A DNA stretch of 64,000 nt from Octopus sinensis (taxonomy: Eukaryota), in contig NC_043004.1 in the NCBI RefSeq assembly GCF_006345805.1, forward strand, positions 91,202,001 to 91,266,000. The letters are read 5' to 3'. The notes under the pieces are model-generated. The model saw only the letters and a list, made by a program, of their open reading frames with translations. It ran no database searches and was not told the DNA's origin. This document shows, one piece after another, positions 61,755 through 64,000 of this stretch (positions within the stretch are counted from its first letter, which is position 1; each line of letters begins with the position of its first letter). Made by a program: the position numbers and the translations under genes.

Positions 61755-63657
61755 CATCGTCATCATCATCATCATTTAGCATCCGCTTTCCAAGCTAGCA
61801 TGGGTTGGACGGTTTAACTGGGGTCTGTGAAGCCGGAAGGCTTCATCAGGCCCAGTCAGATTTGGCAGTGTTTCTACGGCTGGATGCCCTTCCTAACGCC
61901 AACCACTCCGCGAGTGTAGTGGGTGTTTTTTACGTGCCACCTGCACAGGTGCCAGACAGAGCTGGCACAACGGCCACGAACGGATGGTGCTTTTACGTGT
62001 CACCGGCACGGGGCCAGACAGAGCTGGCAAACGGCCACGAACGGACGGTGCTTTTACGTGTCAGTGGCACGGGGGCCAGCCGAGGCTGGCAACGAACACG
62101 AACGGATGGTGCTTTTACATGCCACCGACACGGGGCCAGACAGAGCTGGCAAACGGCCATGAACGGATGGTGCTTTTACGTGTCACCGGCACGGGGGCCA
62201 GCCGAGGCTGGCAACGGACACGAACGGATGGTGCTTTTACGTGCCACCGACACGGGGCCAGACAGAGCTGGCAAACGGCCACGAACGGAGGTGCTTTTAC
62301 GTGTCACCGGCACGTGGGCCAGCCGAGGCTGGCAACGAACACGAGCGGATGGTGCTTTTACGTGCCACCGACACGGGGCCAGACAGAGCTGGCAAACGGC
62401 CATGAGCGAATGGTGCTTGGCAGCGGACACGGATATATGATTTGATTTTGATTGTTCTCACTGGTCTTGCCGGGTCTTCTCACGCACAGCATACTTCCAC
62501 AGGTCTCGGTCTCTGGTCATTTCCTTGGTGAGACCTAGAGTTCGAAGGTCGTGCTTCACCACCTCGACCCAAGTTTTCCTGGGTCTACCTCTTCCACAGG
62601 TCCCCTCAACTGCCAGGGTGTGGCACTTTTTCACACACCTATCTTCGTCCATTCTCGCCACATGACCATACCAGCGCAATCGTCTCTCTTGCACACAACA
62701 TCTGATGCCTCTTAGGTCCAACTTTTCTCTCAAGGTACTTACACTCTGTCGACTATGAACACTGACATTACACATCCAACGGAGCATACTAGCTTCATTT
62801 CTTGCGAGCTTACGTAAATCCTCAGCAGTCACAGCCCAAGTTTCACTGCCATGTAGCATGGCTGTACGTACACATGCATCATACAGTCTGCCTTTTACTT
62901 TGAGCGAGAGGCCTTTTGTCACCAGTAGGGGTAAGAGCTCTCTAAACTTTGCCCAGGCTATTCTTACTCTAGCAGTTATACTTTCAGCACACCCGCCCCC
63001 ACTACTGACTTGGTCACCTAGGTAGCGGAAGCTATCAACTACTTCTAGTTTTTCTCCCTGAAACGTGATAGAAGTTGGTCTCTGCATATTTTCAGAGTTT
63101 ATTGCTCCTGAGCATCTGTCACAGATAAAAACTATTTTCCTAGTTAGTCTTCCTTTGACATTACTACATCTCTTATTTGTCCATAGCTTACATTTGGTGC
63201 ATCTTATAGAGTTTCTACCTACGCCTTTTCTACAGATCGAGCAAGGCCATCTACCTGAAGGCGTTTGTGATTGGTCTACCTTCCTACTTATTAGGACTTT
63301 GGTTTTGGCTAGGTTGATTCTAAGGCCCTTCGATTCTAAACCTTGCTTCCACACCTGAAAATTCTCCTCCAGTTCTGATAGAGACTCAGCAATTAGAGCA
63401 AGGTCATCAGCATAGAGGAGCTCCCAGGGGCATCCAGTCTTGAATTCCTCCATTATTGCCTGGAGGACTATGATAAATAGGAGGGGGCTGAGGACTGAAC
63501 CTTGGTGGACCCCAACCTCTACCCTGAATTCTTCACTGTACTCGGTGCCAACCCTCACCTTACTAGCAGCGTCTCTGTACATGGCTTGTACAGCTCTCAC
63601 TAATCATTCATCTATCCCTAGTTTCCTCATTGACCACCAGATAAGGGATCGGGGGAC
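61755..63657 (-). mobile_element. 5'-truncated RTE-clade LINE with a 380-aa open RT region
   Basis: VGVHQGSVLSPLLF and LLYADDL RT motifs, same family as 9475-11182. One TGA at 63604-63606 replaces Trp upstream of the ORF. Confidence 0.95.
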
Positions 63658-64000
63658 CCTGACATATATGAATCTATCTGTTTATACAGAGACACACTCA
63701 AACACACATATGTATATGTGTATATGTGTGAGTGAGTGCATTTTTGTGTTCTCTGCCACTTGAAAACCTATGTTGGTTTGTTTGCATTTCTGAAACTTAA
63801 CGACTCAGCAAAAAGCTACCAGCAGAAGAAGTACCAGAGTTAAAATAAGTACAAGGATTGACTTGATTCACTAAACCTTTTTCAGTGGTACTCCAACAAG
63901 GCCGCAGTCCAATGCTTGAAAGAAATTATAGAATAAAAGAACAAGAAAAATTATGTAAATTGAGTAGAGGAAATCTGAATTTTTTTTTCTGGTTAATTTA

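Noticed and set aside
61920-62425. Regular repeat array considered as CRISPR-like
   Set aside because: Eukaryotic LINE 3' UTR with repeated rather than unique spacers and no cas genes.
54346-64000. Search for the next upstream IFT74 exon (expected DDNQEIASME-like)
   Set aside because: No phase-compatible match found by eye; it probably lies beyond the window, though a short diverged exon could have been missed.

Overview
AT-rich, intron-dominated eukaryotic DNA. The repeat families suggest an octopus genome, but this is recognised from memory and not confirmed by a search. One host gene is supported: the 3' part of IFT74 (intraflagellar transport 74) on the minus strand. I reconstructed nine GT-AG coding exons with consistent phases (54345 down to the TGA at 17190-17192; 823 nt, 273 aa plus stop). 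Its 5' exons were not found and probably lie beyond 64000. The rest is a dense repeat landscape: tRNA-derived SINE families, young RTE LINE copies carrying a PHD-like finger, Tx1, CR1, R4/Dong and I/Jockey-like LINE relics, deleted mariner/Tc1 elements, MITEs, foldback palindromes and microsatellites. The most unusual signal is four type I minimal hammerhead-ribozyme-like motifs in TA-embedded elements, probably Penelope-derived. Their stems are unrelated in sequence, yet they fall into two pairs sharing the same non-canonical core (CCGACGA twice, CUGGNGA twice), and two sit next to a Penelope GIY-YIG tail. Also notable: a LINE-derived triple C2H2 zinc-finger ORF in the last IFT74 intron, and an inverted SINE pair bracketing a frame-preserving 288-nt exon pair.
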